Virus record (IMG/VR): IMGVR_UViG_3300021083_000196
Coordinates: 3,377 to 67,376 of that record
Direction: 5' to 3' (one strand)
DNA length: 64,000 nucleotides
From: a virus
Below are positions 30,618-41,701 of the stretch, one piece after another. How positions within the stretch are numbered: the stretch's first letter is position 1; each line of letters begins with the position of its first letter. Under the pieces are notes generated by a model. That model did no database searches. It was not told where the DNA came from and saw only the letters and a list, made by a program, of their open reading frames with translations. The position numbers and the translations under genes are program-made.

Positions 30618-31228
30618 CGCTACCATTTAATCTCACTCCGGCCTCAATTATCAGCGATGCGTCACTCGTCGCCGGACTACTAACGACGCTGACAAAAACA
30701 GATGTTGTTCAAGTCATCGATCAGCAGACTCTGACTCAAGTGTTCAGCGGTGCCCGCCCTCTTAAAGCTGAGGTCAAAGAATACGCAAAGGTCATGGACT
30801 ATCCGGTCGAGACGGGTGTCACTCTTTCCGATCACCGCATTAGTTTGCCGACAGAGATCACGCTGCCCTGTATCATCCCGTCAAGCCAGTATTCAACGGC
30901 ATATGTGGCGATCAGGAACGCTTGGCAGTCCGCAAAGCTTTTGTCGGTACAGACCCGCACCGGCACCTATAAGAATATGATCATCGCGGAACTTCCGCAT
31001 GAAGAAGATGCCGAACTCTACACGGCAATCACAATCTTCATAAAAATGCGCGAAGTCATTATGGTAGCACCGTCATCAACGGCACCTGCTGGAACGACAT
31101 CAAACTTCTCACCGGCTAATCCTAAGAATAGCACGAACGTCAACAGCGGTCTGATCTCGGCGATCAACTTGGCAACATCAGGACTCAGCTACCTTCATGC
31201 CGCTACAGTTTTTGGGATTAAAGTATAA
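30614..31228 (+). CDS. baseplate/tail initiator protein
   Basis: YPVETG...SDH, TGTY.NM.I. Confidence 0.75.
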   Translation: MTLPFNLTPASIISDASLVAGLLTTLTKTDVVQVIDQQTLTQVFSGARPLKAEVKEYAKVMDYPVETGVTLSDHRISLPTEITLPCIIPSSQYSTAYVAIRNAWQSAKLLSVQTRTGTYKNMIIAELPHEEDAELYTAITIFIKMREVIMVAPSSTAPAGTTSNFSPANPKNSTNVNSGLISAINLATSGLSYLHAATVFGIKV

Positions 31229-31776
31229 TGCAGCAAATTCCCTTACAGGCACTCCCGAACCAAAGCTTCACAGTCCAGCTTGATGGAAATCAATGGGACT
31301 GGACGATCGAGCTTGTCAATGATGCTATCGCCGTATCGCTGACTCTCAACGGGAGCGTCGTTATATCAGGTCTGAATATTGTTGGCGGGATGAGAATCAT
31401 CCCTTCTGAATATGAAGAAGCCGGTAATTTCGTGTTGGTCACCATGAATCAGCAAGTTCCTGATTACACACAATTCGGGACCGGCCAGCAGCTCATATAT
31501 CTCAGTGCCACAGAACTGGCGGCCATCCGCGTACCGCCGCCGCCGATCATTACTGCCGCCTACTTTGATCCGAATGCCGCGCTGCCACTTCGTATATTCC
31601 CTCAAGGATATATTGCGGCATCGAACTATCAGACCGAAACATCGGCCAACTATACCGACGAGAGCGGATCGAACAACTATGTCGATGAGACAGCGACTAA
31701 CCAGTACATAACAGAAACAAATCCTCTGTATGTCACGGAAGATGGTCTGAGCTATTACTTCACGGAGAATGGCTGA
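31228..31776 (+). CDS. baseplate plug protein
   Basis: IPLQALPNQSFTVQL...P.Y.QFG..Q.L.Y. Confidence 0.7.
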   Translation: MQQIPLQALPNQSFTVQLDGNQWDWTIELVNDAIAVSLTLNGSVVISGLNIVGGMRIIPSEYEEAGNFVLVTMNQQVPDYTQFGTGQQLIYLSATELAAIRVPPPPIITAAYFDPNAALPLRIFPQGYIAASNYQTETSANYTDESGSNNYVDETATNQYITETNPLYVTEDGLSYYFTENG

Positions 31777-32651
31777 TGACCAACGCTTTTGATAGCCTTG
31801 GAGGTCTGAGAGTTGTCAAGGTCGGGATCACGATCAATGGCCAGACATGGAATTTTCAGGACCTAGACTTCAGAATTCAGGGCCAAAGATTTTTTAGCCC
31901 GACATCGGCGTTCTGCACGATTAAAATATCAAACCTGACAAGAGATTTGAGAAACCTCCTTCTGACCACCGCGACTCCGGTCCTTGCCAATTTTAAAAAG
32001 CCTGCGTATCTGACAGTCGATGTCGGCAGGCAGTCATATACACCATTCCGCCTATTCCAAGGAACCTGTTATACAAGCACCGTCACACAGCCGCCTGATA
32101 TCGGTATCACATTCCGCAGCCTAGACAGCAGCGGTTTGGCATCAGCACTGAACCCGACGAGCTTTGGCCCGCTGACAAAACTCAGTGTCCTTGCAAAATT
32201 CGTGGCAGAGAATTCTAATCCACCACTGAACCTTGACTTCAATGTGACGACCGATATTCAGGTAGCAAATTTTGGATCAACGACGAACACTAACGACCTT
32301 CTCTATCAGCTTGCTGAGATAGGCGGTGTTTCTGTATGCGTCAATAACGGCACGCTGATTGTTCGAGATTCCAGTGGGTATAATAAAGATCGCGGATTTA
32401 TTTTAAGCCAAGAGACAGGCATGGTCGGAATGCCACAGGCGACAGAATCGGGCGTCACGGCGCAGATGTTAGTGCAGCCGAATGTACAAATCGGAGATCT
32501 GGTTCAGGTTAAGAGTATCGTGAATCCATCAGTCAATGGTTCTTATAGAGTGAGCCAGATAGCGTTCGATATCGCTAACCGCGATCAGCCGTTCTTTTAT
32601 ACTTTGACGCTGACCACACTCACAACATCCTTACAAGGAGTTGTTCAATGA
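31776..32651 (+). CDS. baseplate hub protein
   Basis: I.NL, LFQG, PPDI, TGMVG.P...GV. Confidence 0.75.
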   Translation: MTNAFDSLGGLRVVKVGITINGQTWNFQDLDFRIQGQRFFSPTSAFCTIKISNLTRDLRNLLLTTATPVLANFKKPAYLTVDVGRQSYTPFRLFQGTCYTSTVTQPPDIGITFRSLDSSGLASALNPTSFGPLTKLSVLAKFVAENSNPPLNLDFNVTTDIQVANFGSTTNTNDLLYQLAEIGGVSVCVNNGTLIVRDSSGYNKDRGFILSQETGMVGMPQATESGVTAQMLVQPNVQIGDLVQVKSIVNPSVNGSYRVSQIAFDIANRDQPFFYTLTLTTLTTSLQGVVQ

Positions 32652-33412
32652 CGGACAGTACAGATAACTTTTTCCCACCTTCAATCAATCCGGCAAGCCG
32701 TGGCGATTATTCAGGGATGATCCGTTTTGTGCTTACAAAATGGTTACAAAAGACTGATGACATGTTGCCCGCCGTTGTCGTTTCTTATAACAGACAGACG
32801 AATAGAGCGACTGTTCAGCCGCTGATATCGATCGTGGATACTAACAATAACCTCATCCAGCGTGGTGTTATTGCTTCTGTTCCGGTCCTTCAAATAGGTG
32901 GCGGCGGCTTCGTTTTATCATGCCCGCTTAATGCCGGTGATCTGGGATGGATAAAAGCAAGCGACAGAGATATTTCTCTGTTCATTCAATCATTCCAAAA
33001 TTCTCCGCCGAATACAGCACGCCTTCACAGCTTCGAAGATGGAATGTTTATTCCCGACACGATGTTTAAAAACGTTGTTATCAATTCAGAAGACGAAGGA
33101 AATATCGTTCTTCAAACAACAGACGGAACGGTGAGAGTCGCTATCTGGCCAAACAAAGTGAAGGTCACTGCACCGGAAGTTGATATCGTTGCACCGGTCG
33201 TAGATATCAAGGCATCAACTTCTATCACCTTAGATACACCAATAGTTACGTTCACTGGCAACTTAACACAGAGCGGCGGTTCTGGTGCAACTGCGACATT
33301 CAGTGGTAGTATAGTGGCTACGGGCGAAGTAACTGGTTCCGGCAAGGTTCTTGGGACTCACGTCCATAGTGGAGTACAAACGGGTTCAGGAGATACGGGG
33401 CCGCCGGTATGA
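32648..33412 (+). CDS. baseplate central spike (gp138-like)
   Basis: LPA.VVSY...ATVQP, R.HSF.D..FIP, C-terminal HxH (THVHSGV). Confidence 0.85.
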   Translation: MTDSTDNFFPPSINPASRGDYSGMIRFVLTKWLQKTDDMLPAVVVSYNRQTNRATVQPLISIVDTNNNLIQRGVIASVPVLQIGGGGFVLSCPLNAGDLGWIKASDRDISLFIQSFQNSPPNTARLHSFEDGMFIPDTMFKNVVINSEDEGNIVLQTTDGTVRVAIWPNKVKVTAPEVDIVAPVVDIKASTSITLDTPIVTFTGNLTQSGGSGATATFSGSIVATGEVTGSGKVLGTHVHSGVQTGSGDTGPPV

Positions 33413-33771
33413 CGACAACATTCGCGCTCTCAGAAGATACGCACGATTTATATCTCGATGCCTCGGGTAACATCGCAATATTGACCGGACTTCCCGCTGT
33501 TGAGCAGTGCTGTGAAACAGCGAGCCTTGCACAGCTTGGAGAGATGCTGCTTGAAACTGTACTTGGCATCCCGAACTTTGAATCGATATGGATCGGCTCG
33601 CCGAACTATTCTTTGTGGCAGTCATATCTGGTCACCAACCTGAGCAATGTCATCGGCGTGAACGAAGTGACATCAGTAACATTCAGCTCTGAACAGGGCA
33701 TCCTTTCATATACCGCAACGATAGCCAGCCAGTTCGGTCCGGCTGAAATTCAGGGAGCATTGTCGCAATGA
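33409..33771 (+). CDS. baseplate wedge/sheath initiator (gp25-like)
   Basis: DLYLD..GNI...GE.....GIP; synteny. Confidence 0.7.
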   Translation: MTTTFALSEDTHDLYLDASGNIAILTGLPAVEQCCETASLAQLGEMLLETVLGIPNFESIWIGSPNYSLWQSYLVTNLSNVIGVNEVTSVTFSSEQGILSYTATIASQFGPAEIQGALSQ

Positions 33772-34952
33772 GCGATCCATATGAGTATATAAACAGCACT
33801 GGAACGATCATTCCAGACACAAGCGAAATCTTGACCGGCGTAAATGTGGAATATCAGACCGCATTCGGCGCAGATATACAGCTATCTCCTGATACGCCGC
33901 AGGGCGTTCTTATCGCTGCGGAGACCACAGCGCGTGCCGAAGTCGTTCAAAACAATGCAGCTCTTGCCAATCAGATCAACCCAAATATCGCGGCGGGTGT
34001 GTTCCTTGATGCAATTCTTGCATTGACGGGTATGCAACGAACTCCTGCTACACAGACACAGGTAGCCAATGTTTCATTATCAGGAGTCGCGGGCACCGTT
34101 ATCCCAGAAGGAACACAGGCACAAACGGCTGCCGGTGATATCTTCTATACGTTGTCTCCTGTTACGCTTGCTGCGAACGGGCAGGCGACTGTCAACTTTG
34201 CATCTGTGGCATATGGACCAATTCCGTGTGCGATCGGTGCACTCAGCACTCCAGTCACTAACGTTCTCGGTTGGGAACTTGTAAACAATAGCGTCGCCGG
34301 TGTGGTAGGGCAGACTACACAGTCTGACATCGGTGCACGCGCTCTCCGCAGCAACACGTTGGCCTTTCAGGGCGTGTCGCTTGCGGAGAGTATAACTTCC
34401 GCTCTGTACAACGTCGCCGGTGTGCAGAGCTTGTTCTTCCAAGAGAACATTCAAAGCAGCACACAAAATATAAACGGGATTTCTATGGTCGCTAATTCCA
34501 TTTATGTTTGCGTGAACGGAGGCGCGAATACCGATGTCGCATCGGCTTTGCTTGAAAATAAATCATCTGGCTGTGCATGGAACGGGAATACAAGTGTCAG
34601 TATTATCGAACCGACAAGTGGACAAATTTATACCGTTCTGTTCGACCGTCCGACTCCGATAGAAATCGTTATACAAGTTACATCTGCGAATGCTGCCCTA
34701 TCTGATATCCAGACCGGTGTTGCAAATTATATTGCGGGTAATGTCGCCAACTATCCAGCATGGTCGGTTGGGGGTGACATCTCAGCTTTCGAAATCGCCG
34801 GTGCGCTTCTCTCACAATATCCTTACATGATTATCAATCAAGTTCAGATTTCTTATGCGGCCAGCATAGAATTTGGAACCGCAATTTTACCGATCGGCGT
34901 CAACCAGATCGCGTTCTCTAATGCCAGCGATATAACACTGGTGACTCCGTGA
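33768..34952 (+). CDS. baseplate J/gp47-like protein
   Basis: TPQG.LI, NPN.A.GVFLDAI. Confidence 0.88.
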   Translation: MSDPYEYINSTGTIIPDTSEILTGVNVEYQTAFGADIQLSPDTPQGVLIAAETTARAEVVQNNAALANQINPNIAAGVFLDAILALTGMQRTPATQTQVANVSLSGVAGTVIPEGTQAQTAAGDIFYTLSPVTLAANGQATVNFASVAYGPIPCAIGALSTPVTNVLGWELVNNSVAGVVGQTTQSDIGARALRSNTLAFQGVSLAESITSALYNVAGVQSLFFQENIQSSTQNINGISMVANSIYVCVNGGANTDVASALLENKSSGCAWNGNTSVSIIEPTSGQIYTVLFDRPTPIEIVIQVTSANAALSDIQTGVANYIAGNVANYPAWSVGGDISAFEIAGALLSQYPYMIINQVQISYAASIEFGTAILPIGVNQIAFSNASDITLVTP

Positions 34953-35560
34953 CCGTACCTATAATTGAAAATAATACGATACAGCAATTTGATTTCACGG
35001 TGAATGTCCTTGAACCGTTGATCTGGCAATATCAAAATTCTCCGAATATAAAATCTCTACTTCAAAGCAAGCAAAACTGGTACGACACAAATCAAGCCGG
35101 ATACTGGAATGACTGGTATACCGATGTTTTCGACATGCAGACCGCAAATATATTTGGCTTGTCCGTCTGGGCGATCATTCTCGGACAGCCTATCGTTTTC
35201 AACAACGTCAATGATCCAAGCCAGATTCCTTGGGGTTTCGGGACAAATAATGAAAACTTCACGAATGGCAACTTCGCCGGTGGTGGTGGCAGCACGTATG
35301 CGCTTCCGATATCGGCAGCCAGAATACTGCTCCAGCTCCGCGCCTTCCAGCTTATAAGCAGCGGTACTGTGCCAGAGACTAATCGCATGTTGGCCTATGT
35401 TTTCGCTGACTATGGTCCAGCATGGCTGCTTGATAACGGCGATATGACACAGACCTACGTATTCAATTTCACACTGACTTCTGATCTGGTTTACATCTTT
35501 AACAACATCGACATCTTGCCAAGACCGGCGGGTGTCCTCTCAACATACGAGGAGGTCTGA
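34949..35560 (+). CDS. DUF2612 baseplate wedge protein
   Basis: WQY...TAN.FGLSVW.IILG...ILPRPAGV. Confidence 0.85.
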   Translation: MTVPIIENNTIQQFDFTVNVLEPLIWQYQNSPNIKSLLQSKQNWYDTNQAGYWNDWYTDVFDMQTANIFGLSVWAIILGQPIVFNNVNDPSQIPWGFGTNNENFTNGNFAGGGGSTYALPISAARILLQLRAFQLISSGTVPETNRMLAYVFADYGPAWLLDNGDMTQTYVFNFTLTSDLVYIFNNIDILPRPAGVLSTYEEV

Positions 35561-35561
35561 T

Positions 35562-36647
35562 ATGGCCGAACATTATTTCCTTTATCCTTTTGGCATTAAC
35601 GGGACACTTGCAGCGGTACCGAACCCGACACAGGTTAGCGGCACTGTAAGCTATCAGTCCGGTTTCCCGATAGGATATCAGCTATCCAATACGGCACCTG
35701 GATATCTATCGATTCCACGTGACCAGTTTAATCAACTGATGTTCGATGTCACCGGAGCTATTCAGCAAATTCAGCAAACTGGCTTTGCTTCGTTCATCAC
35801 GGCATCAGCCAACGGCGGCACTGCGTTCTCTTACGCTCTTGGTGCACAGGTCTGGTCCGGAGGTGTGCCATATCGCTCACTGATCGCCAACAACACTGAC
35901 ACACCGCCGACATCAAACTGGGCGGTTGTAGGATCGATTCAATCACTTTATTACAACTGGGCCGCAGATACCGGATTCACAAACAACTATGCCATCGCTC
36001 CGAACCCGCCGATCACATCTCTTGCGGCTGGTCAAGTTGTTCAGATGCAGCCCGCGTTCGCCAATACTGGAGCCTGCAGGCTGAACGTGAACGGCACTGG
36101 CGCACTACCAATCAAGACGCTTCAAAATCAGGATCCGGCGGCGGCCATGCTTATTCCTTCTGGTATGCACCAGTTCGAATACAATGCGGTGAATAATACT
36201 TGGGTTCTTCAAAATCCAGCACTTGGCTCGGCTGCCTATCAAGATGCCGGAACAGGGGCGGGAAACATGCTCCAGCTCAACGGCAGTGCACAAATTCCGG
36301 CGGTCAGTGGCGCTCTACTGACCAATCTTCCGGCGCAATATACTGCCACAAATTCATCGAGCGGTAAGCTGGTATTTGGCCCGATAACTATGCAGTGGGG
36401 TAGCCAAGCTGTTACTTCCGGTAACTTTGGCGGCAACACTATAGCCTTCGGAACATCGTTCAGCGGCACTCCTTATCACGTCAATGCCATGTTGAACACA
36501 GGTTCGCTGTCGTCAACCTATACGACGGGTGTAGGTGGTACTCCAAATGTGAGCAGCATCACGAATAATGGGTTCCTCTACCAACCGCCAACCGAGACAA
36601 CAGCCACAGTTAGAAATGTTCTGTGGTTCGCTATTGGCCCGACATAA
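35562..36647 (+). CDS. tail fibre protein
   Basis: PF...G.VSY.SGF...R..FNQL N-terminus; C-terminal QWG...W.AIG. Confidence 0.8.
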   Translation: MAEHYFLYPFGINGTLAAVPNPTQVSGTVSYQSGFPIGYQLSNTAPGYLSIPRDQFNQLMFDVTGAIQQIQQTGFASFITASANGGTAFSYALGAQVWSGGVPYRSLIANNTDTPPTSNWAVVGSIQSLYYNWAADTGFTNNYAIAPNPPITSLAAGQVVQMQPAFANTGACRLNVNGTGALPIKTLQNQDPAAAMLIPSGMHQFEYNAVNNTWVLQNPALGSAAYQDAGTGAGNMLQLNGSAQIPAVSGALLTNLPAQYTATNSSSGKLVFGPITMQWGSQAVTSGNFGGNTIAFGTSFSGTPYHVNAMLNTGSLSSTYTTGVGGTPNVSSITNNGFLYQPPTETTATVRNVLWFAIGPT

Positions 36648-36658
36648 GGAGAATAAAA

Positions 36659-36841
36659 ATGACAACGACGCTTGATGTAATGAACATACTCGACAAATCT
36701 GACCGAACCGTTCTCCGTTGTATAGAGAACGGAATCTCTATTCCAAGTGCATGGATAACTTATCGTCAAGAGCTGAGAGAAATCATCAGCTCGGGAACCG
36801 GAGAACCCCCAGAGGCACCTCCGTATCCCGCAGGAACTTAA
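36659..36841 (+). CDS. tail fibre assembly chaperone
   Basis: L..SD...LR...W..YRQ.LR...P..P. Confidence 0.7.
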   Translation: MTTTLDVMNILDKSDRTVLRCIENGISIPSAWITYRQELREIISSGTGEPPEAPPYPAGT

Positions 36842-36897
36842 TCAATTAGACAGCCTATCAATATCGTGTAATCTTAAAATATAAAAGGGAGATCGAA

Positions 36898-37386
36898 ATG
36901 GACAACAGATTTTTAGAGACAACAGCAGCACCGAGCATGACATTCAACATCGTCTGTCATGACAAGGACGGCCTGTTCAAGTGGGAAGAAAATATCCACA
37001 ATACCGTCATGACCGCAGGTAAAAATGACCTGTTGAGCAAATATTTCACTGGTTCTGCATATACGGCAGCATGGTTCATGCTTCTGGTGGGTGCTGGAAC
37101 GATTTCAGCATCCGATACGCTGGCATCGCACGCTGGTTGGCTGGAAGTTACGGCCTACACCGGTAACCGACCATCCATTTCATTCGGTTCCGCATCGGCT
37201 GGCAGCATCACATCAACGGCTGTTGTATTTACGATGAATGCGGCGTATACAGTAGCCGGTGCTGGTTGCTGTACAGTAGCGACCGGTACAAGCGGTATCC
37301 TTTACGATGCCGCTGATTTTGGTTCTGCAAGAACGGGGTCTTCCGGTGACACGCTTACAATTACTCCTACTCTGTCTGTTTCTTAA
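36898..37386 (+). CDS. virion structural protein (putative)
   Basis: N.V...GKN..L..YF...W.E...Y...R...GDTL.I pattern. Confidence 0.65.
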   Translation: MDNRFLETTAAPSMTFNIVCHDKDGLFKWEENIHNTVMTAGKNDLLSKYFTGSAYTAAWFMLLVGAGTISASDTLASHAGWLEVTAYTGNRPSISFGSASAGSITSTAVVFTMNAAYTVAGAGCCTVATGTSGILYDAADFGSARTGSSGDTLTITPTLSVS

Positions 37387-37554
37387 CGGAACAACGACAT
37401 TCGCTGCTGATGTTCGGGGGAGCATCAGCGCGAATGTCGTTTCCATGACAAGTATTGGCCAGTCTGAAAATGGCATCGAGTTAAGCGGTCCTGAACCCCC
37501 ACTCTATTGCGATCAAACAGCGGATACGATTATCTGCTACTACTGAGGTGAAAA

Positions 37555-39309
37555 ATGGCTACATATCTAGGTACGAGCGCTGTATTTGAAGTAAGGTCGG
37601 GCGCGACAGCCGGAAACCTTGGCGGTGGTGGATTTAACCCTTTAAATGCGAACTTCATTTCAAATTGGACAGCCACTAACGCTAATACAGCATCTCCCGT
37701 TCTTTCGTCTGCATCATATTCATTCGTTGCCGGTGATGTCGGTGCGTGGGTGTACGTCAAATCTGGAACAAACTGGACACCAGGATGGTATCAAATCGCA
37801 TCAGTGGGCGGTGGTAACGCAACACTTAGCGCGGCAATAGGCGCGGCCATTCAAGTTTCAAACAATAGATATCAACTAAGCACAGTTGCTGGCTGCGCTA
37901 CCGTGGCAAGCCCGACAGCGGGTACCGTGGGTATTGATTACAGCCAACAGAACGCCGCGCAATTTACAGCAACAGATTTAACCGGCACGACAACGACCTG
38001 TACTTCGGCGACGAATCCTTTTGGACCACAACATGCGGGTAACTTCCTTTGCCTCGCAAGCGGCACAGGTGTAACTGCCGGATGGTATGAAATTGTTTCC
38101 GTTTCTGGTATCACGGCGACCATTGACCGCACTGCTGGAACGACATATTCAGCCGTAACCTATTACCTCGGCGGCGCGGTATCGCTTGGCGGATCGACGA
38201 CCGGTATAACAGATGCTATTTTCTTTGCTCTTGGTTCAAATGCAACAACATCAGGAAGCAGAACATTTATAAAGGGTCCTGCTACTTATAATATTTCTGG
38301 CGCGATAACTACGCTCAACGGAAACGCTGCTTGGCCAGCTATGTTTACCGGATATAATTTACAAAGAAGCGATAGCCCATCAATCGCTTCGGGAAATCAA
38401 CCCACATTAAATATGAGCACTAATATTTTTACCAGCGCGTCGAATGTGTACTTATCGTTTATCACATTGCTTGGTACAGCATCCCCCCTTTGCTCATTAG
38501 GATTGTCTAACAATTATAGAAGTTGCAAAGTTATAAATTCATCATCAACGGCAACAAGAGCAGCTATCAATGATCAAGGCGGGGGAGCTTATCTTATAGG
38601 ATGCGAGATAGTTTCTTATTTAGGCACTGCTGTTTTGGGAGCAACGAATGGAGAACCTACTAGTGTATTTGGATGTTATATTCATGATTCTAGCATAGGA
38701 GTATCACTCGAATCTTTTAGTACGGCGATTAATAACCTTTTTGTTAGTTGCACAACAGAGGCAATAAACAACACGCAGGGTGTTGCTATTATAATAGGCA
38801 ATACTTTCTACGGGACAGAAAATAAATCTGGGATAGGTATTGTTGTTGCTGGCCCGAATTCAAACTCAATAAATAATATTTTCTATGGGCTTGTGTCCGG
38901 CTATGGTGGAACTGCGACAAGCTACGGCGGATATTCAGATTATAATTGCTTTTTTAACAATACAAATAATATCGCTGCCGCTTTAACGGGTGCGGTGAGC
39001 GGTGCTAACGACACAACTGCAACGAATCCGGCATTTACGTCTATATCACAAGTAACGGGTACGACTGCAACATCAGCAACTAACGTTCTCACAGATAGTG
39101 GTAAAAACTTTACAACTGCTGGTGTTGTTGCAGGTCGGGACTATCTGCATGTAACATCAGGAACTGGCGCAACAATTGCAATATACGGCATCACAGCCGT
39201 TGGCACGACAACGCTAACCACTGACAACGCTATAGGAACAAGTTCCGGCGGAAATCTCAATTACTATATTACAATTAATAGAAATCTATTACCTACGGGG
39301 CTTATATGA
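37555..39309 (+). CDS. beta-helix tailspike/receptor-binding protein (putative)
   Basis: 584 aa Thr/Gly/Asn-rich; IxNNxF and DYNCF beta-helix-like repeats. Confidence 0.65.
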   Translation: MATYLGTSAVFEVRSGATAGNLGGGGFNPLNANFISNWTATNANTASPVLSSASYSFVAGDVGAWVYVKSGTNWTPGWYQIASVGGGNATLSAAIGAAIQVSNNRYQLSTVAGCATVASPTAGTVGIDYSQQNAAQFTATDLTGTTTTCTSATNPFGPQHAGNFLCLASGTGVTAGWYEIVSVSGITATIDRTAGTTYSAVTYYLGGAVSLGGSTTGITDAIFFALGSNATTSGSRTFIKGPATYNISGAITTLNGNAAWPAMFTGYNLQRSDSPSIASGNQPTLNMSTNIFTSASNVYLSFITLLGTASPLCSLGLSNNYRSCKVINSSSTATRAAINDQGGGAYLIGCEIVSYLGTAVLGATNGEPTSVFGCYIHDSSIGVSLESFSTAINNLFVSCTTEAINNTQGVAIIIGNTFYGTENKSGIGIVVAGPNSNSINNIFYGLVSGYGGTATSYGGYSDYNCFFNNTNNIAAALTGAVSGANDTTATNPAFTSISQVTGTTATSATNVLTDSGKNFTTAGVVAGRDYLHVTSGTGATIAIYGITAVGTTTLTTDNAIGTSSGGNLNYYITINRNLLPTGLI

Positions 39310-40370
39310 GTTTAGGTTGGCTTGGTCCATTTCCTGCTGGTTTAACTACGGGTTTTCAAAGCATCGGTGCGGCATCGAGAAATGCTAATCGTGGCTATGG
39401 CGCTCCACAATCATTTCCTGCGGGTCTAACACAAAGCTATATAAATATCGGTGCTGTTCAGAAAAATCCGAACAATGCATGGGTTGACACATTTTCTGAC
39501 AGCGTTACAGCTTCTGATTCTCTCACGAGTAGTGCTGGATATACTAACACCTTCTCGGACAGCGTAACTGCCAATGATACACAGGCTGCTGTAGTAAACT
39601 ACCATCAAACCTTCTTGGACAGCGTAACCGCTGCCGACTCCGTCACCGCATCTCTAGCGGCGGTTCCCACGTTCTCAGATGCTGTGACCGCCTTGGATAC
39701 CTTCGGGGCTGCGATGGCGACATCGGCGACGTTCTCCGAATCCGTAACGCTCTCCGATTCATTCGTCGGCGGTATCGGCTATACCTTTACGTTCTCGGAC
39801 ACCGTGACAGCTTCCGATACCATGAACGGAAAAATGGGGGTTACTGCAACGATCGCCGACGGCATCTCCGTATCCGACTCCGTAATCGGCGGTATCGGGT
39901 ATATGGACTTCTTCAGCGATAATGTTACCGCCTCGGATTCATTCTCGGCCACGGTATCCCCGTCCCCAAACATCATTCTCTCCGGCACCCTTGACTTCGG
40001 ATACTCATATCGCATCCGCCACCAGATATCGACCTTCCTGAACTTCTCGATCTTCAATACTGATGACAACTTTATCAAGATCAACTTGACCAACATCGTG
40101 ACATCGCAGCCGATCTCTATCGTATCCGGTGTTCTCTCGATATATGCGCCAAACTCGATATCATCATCCGCGCCTGTCCTTTCACCGGCTGTCGTCCCCT
40201 TGAGCAGCGGATTCCAGTTCACGATCCCCCATACTGATGCGATTAACCTCGTGCCAGGGCTTTACTCATGGATAGCCATTGTGACGACCATAGATGGAAC
40301 CATCCATACTGTCACCTGTGGTGACATCAATCTTTCGACCGGTATAATCAAGGTAATGGAGAGACCGTAA
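39306..40370 (+). CDS. virion fibre protein with 20-aa repeats
   Basis: Eight TFSDSVTASD-type units at a 60-nt period. Confidence 0.65.
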   Translation: MSLGWLGPFPAGLTTGFQSIGAASRNANRGYGAPQSFPAGLTQSYINIGAVQKNPNNAWVDTFSDSVTASDSLTSSAGYTNTFSDSVTANDTQAAVVNYHQTFLDSVTAADSVTASLAAVPTFSDAVTALDTFGAAMATSATFSESVTLSDSFVGGIGYTFTFSDTVTASDTMNGKMGVTATIADGISVSDSVIGGIGYMDFFSDNVTASDSFSATVSPSPNIILSGTLDFGYSYRIRHQISTFLNFSIFNTDDNFIKINLTNIVTSQPISIVSGVLSIYAPNSISSSAPVLSPAVVPLSSGFQFTIPHTDAINLVPGLYSWIAIVTTIDGTIHTVTCGDINLSTGIIKVMERP

Positions 40371-40627
40371 TGGATGCAGGGGCTATTATTGACGCTATTG
40401 GACTTATCGCACTCCCAATTTTCGGCGGAATACTTTTCTTCTATTGGGACCAGATATCGAATCTGCATGAAAAATGTTCAGGGCTTGAGGAGAAACTTAA
40501 CAGCTTAAAGTTGCATGTCGCCGAAGAATATTTGAACCGCGACGACTTTAAGGACTCGATCAAAGAAATAAAAGATACTATCTTAGCAATGAATAGCAAG
40601 CTTGACCGCTTAGTGGAGAAACAATAA
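40370..40627 (+). CDS. holin-like membrane protein
   Basis: N-terminal TM, coiled coil, VAEEY..R.D; precedes the putative lysin. Confidence 0.5.
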   Translation: MDAGAIIDAIGLIALPIFGGILFFYWDQISNLHEKCSGLEEKLNSLKLHVAEEYLNRDDFKDSIKEIKDTILAMNSKLDRLVEKQ

Positions 40628-41052
40628 TGCCTCGTGGAATTAATCTGAACAACCCGATGAATCTGGAACGTAATTCGATCTCATGGCAGGGCGCATCGAC
40701 GCTACAAGATGATCCGCGATTTGTGAGATTCGAAACACCAGAAATGGGTGTTCGCGCGGGTATGAAAGTCCTCTTGACCTATCAGAACAAAGACGATCTC
40801 CAGAACATCTCGGCGATCATCACTAAATATGCACCACCCGCTGAAAACGATACTGCCGCATATATCAGCGATGTTAGCGCCCATTGCGGTGTCTCCCCCA
40901 CGGACTTCTTTGATGTCGAGGTGCCCGATAACATGATTCGTTTGGCGCAGGCGATCATAATTCATGAGCAAGGGCATTGCCCAGACGACAGCACTCCATT
41001 TTGGTATGAAAATGATGTATATGAATCTGCGGCCAAAGATGCATTAGGATAA
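40627..41052 (+). CDS. putative endolysin/lysozyme-like protein
   Basis: RG...NNP.N, F.TPE.G.RA, I..YAPP.ENDT.AY, I..HE.G. Confidence 0.7.
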   Translation: MPRGINLNNPMNLERNSISWQGASTLQDDPRFVRFETPEMGVRAGMKVLLTYQNKDDLQNISAIITKYAPPAENDTAAYISDVSAHCGVSPTDFFDVEVPDNMIRLAQAIIIHEQGHCPDDSTPFWYENDVYESAAKDALG

Positions 41053-41514
41053 GATATTGAGCTTGGAGAAATCTCCAAAATATTTTACAGCGGCTTTATT
41101 ATATGCGATAGCAGCTTCGACTTCAGAATCAAAATATCCAAGATGATTTTGTTTGATTCGTGCGTGCCACTTATTCCCTCTTTTACAAACCCCTTTATAC
41201 CTACTTGATGGATTTATTAATGTGGGCTTATTTTTATTCATCATGTTTTGCGATTTAGTAGCAAGTCGAAGATTGTACTTCTGATTATTAAGGCGATTTC
41301 CATCCTTGTGGTCGACTGACTTTCTTTTCATTATTTCGCAATGCATGAAAATGGTTTTTTTCTTATAAGATTTTTTAGTAGCGGTTTTTATAGGTAAGGT
41401 TTCACTTCGGATGGCATATCCATGAGAAATTTGCCATTTCCATTGCATAAGGAATTTGTAATCATCCTCATCAACCTGAACAAATTTTCCACCGGTTATT
41501 GTGATTATCTTCAT
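41044..41514 (-). CDS. HNH-AP2 homing endonuclease
   Basis: VDH.DGN.LNN...NLR; S.YKGV...W.A.I...LG.F..E.EAA.AYN. Confidence 0.9.
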   Translation of the reverse strand: MKIITITGGKFVQVDEDDYKFLMQWKWQISHGYAIRSETLPIKTATKKSYKKKTIFMHCEIMKRKSVDHKDGNRLNNQKYNLRLATKSQNMMNKNKPTLINPSSRYKGVCKRGNKWHARIKQNHLGYFDSEVEAAIAYNKAAVKYFGDFSKLNILS

Positions 41515-41564
41515 TTTTTTAACCTATAATTAACGTAAATAAATATTACCCGACAAAGCAATCC

Positions 41565-41593
41565 TTGAAAACATCTAAAATATAATATATGGT
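41565..41593 (+). promoter_or_regulatory. sigma70-like promoter for the tRNA locus
   Basis: TTGAAA-17nt-TATGGT; predicted +1 near 41600, the first tRNA base. Confidence 0.5.
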
Positions 41594-41599
41594 GATTCT

Positions 41600-41676
41600 A
41601 GCAGGATAGAGGAGCGTTCGTCCTCATCGGCCTCATAAGTCGAAGATCGGTGGTTAGAATCCATCTCCTGCAACCA
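41600..41676 (+). tRNA. tRNA-Met(CAT), initiator-like
   Basis: Cloverleaf TCGGC-CT CAT AA-GTCGA; unpaired 1:72; CCA; T-loop TTAGAAT. Confidence 0.85.
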
Positions 41677-41701
41677 AATTCTAAGATGGCCAACTCAGTA
41701 T

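Noticed and set aside
35562-40370. Diversity-generating retroelement acting on fibre genes
   Set aside because: No reverse transcriptase and no adenine-mismatched TR/VR pair were noticed.
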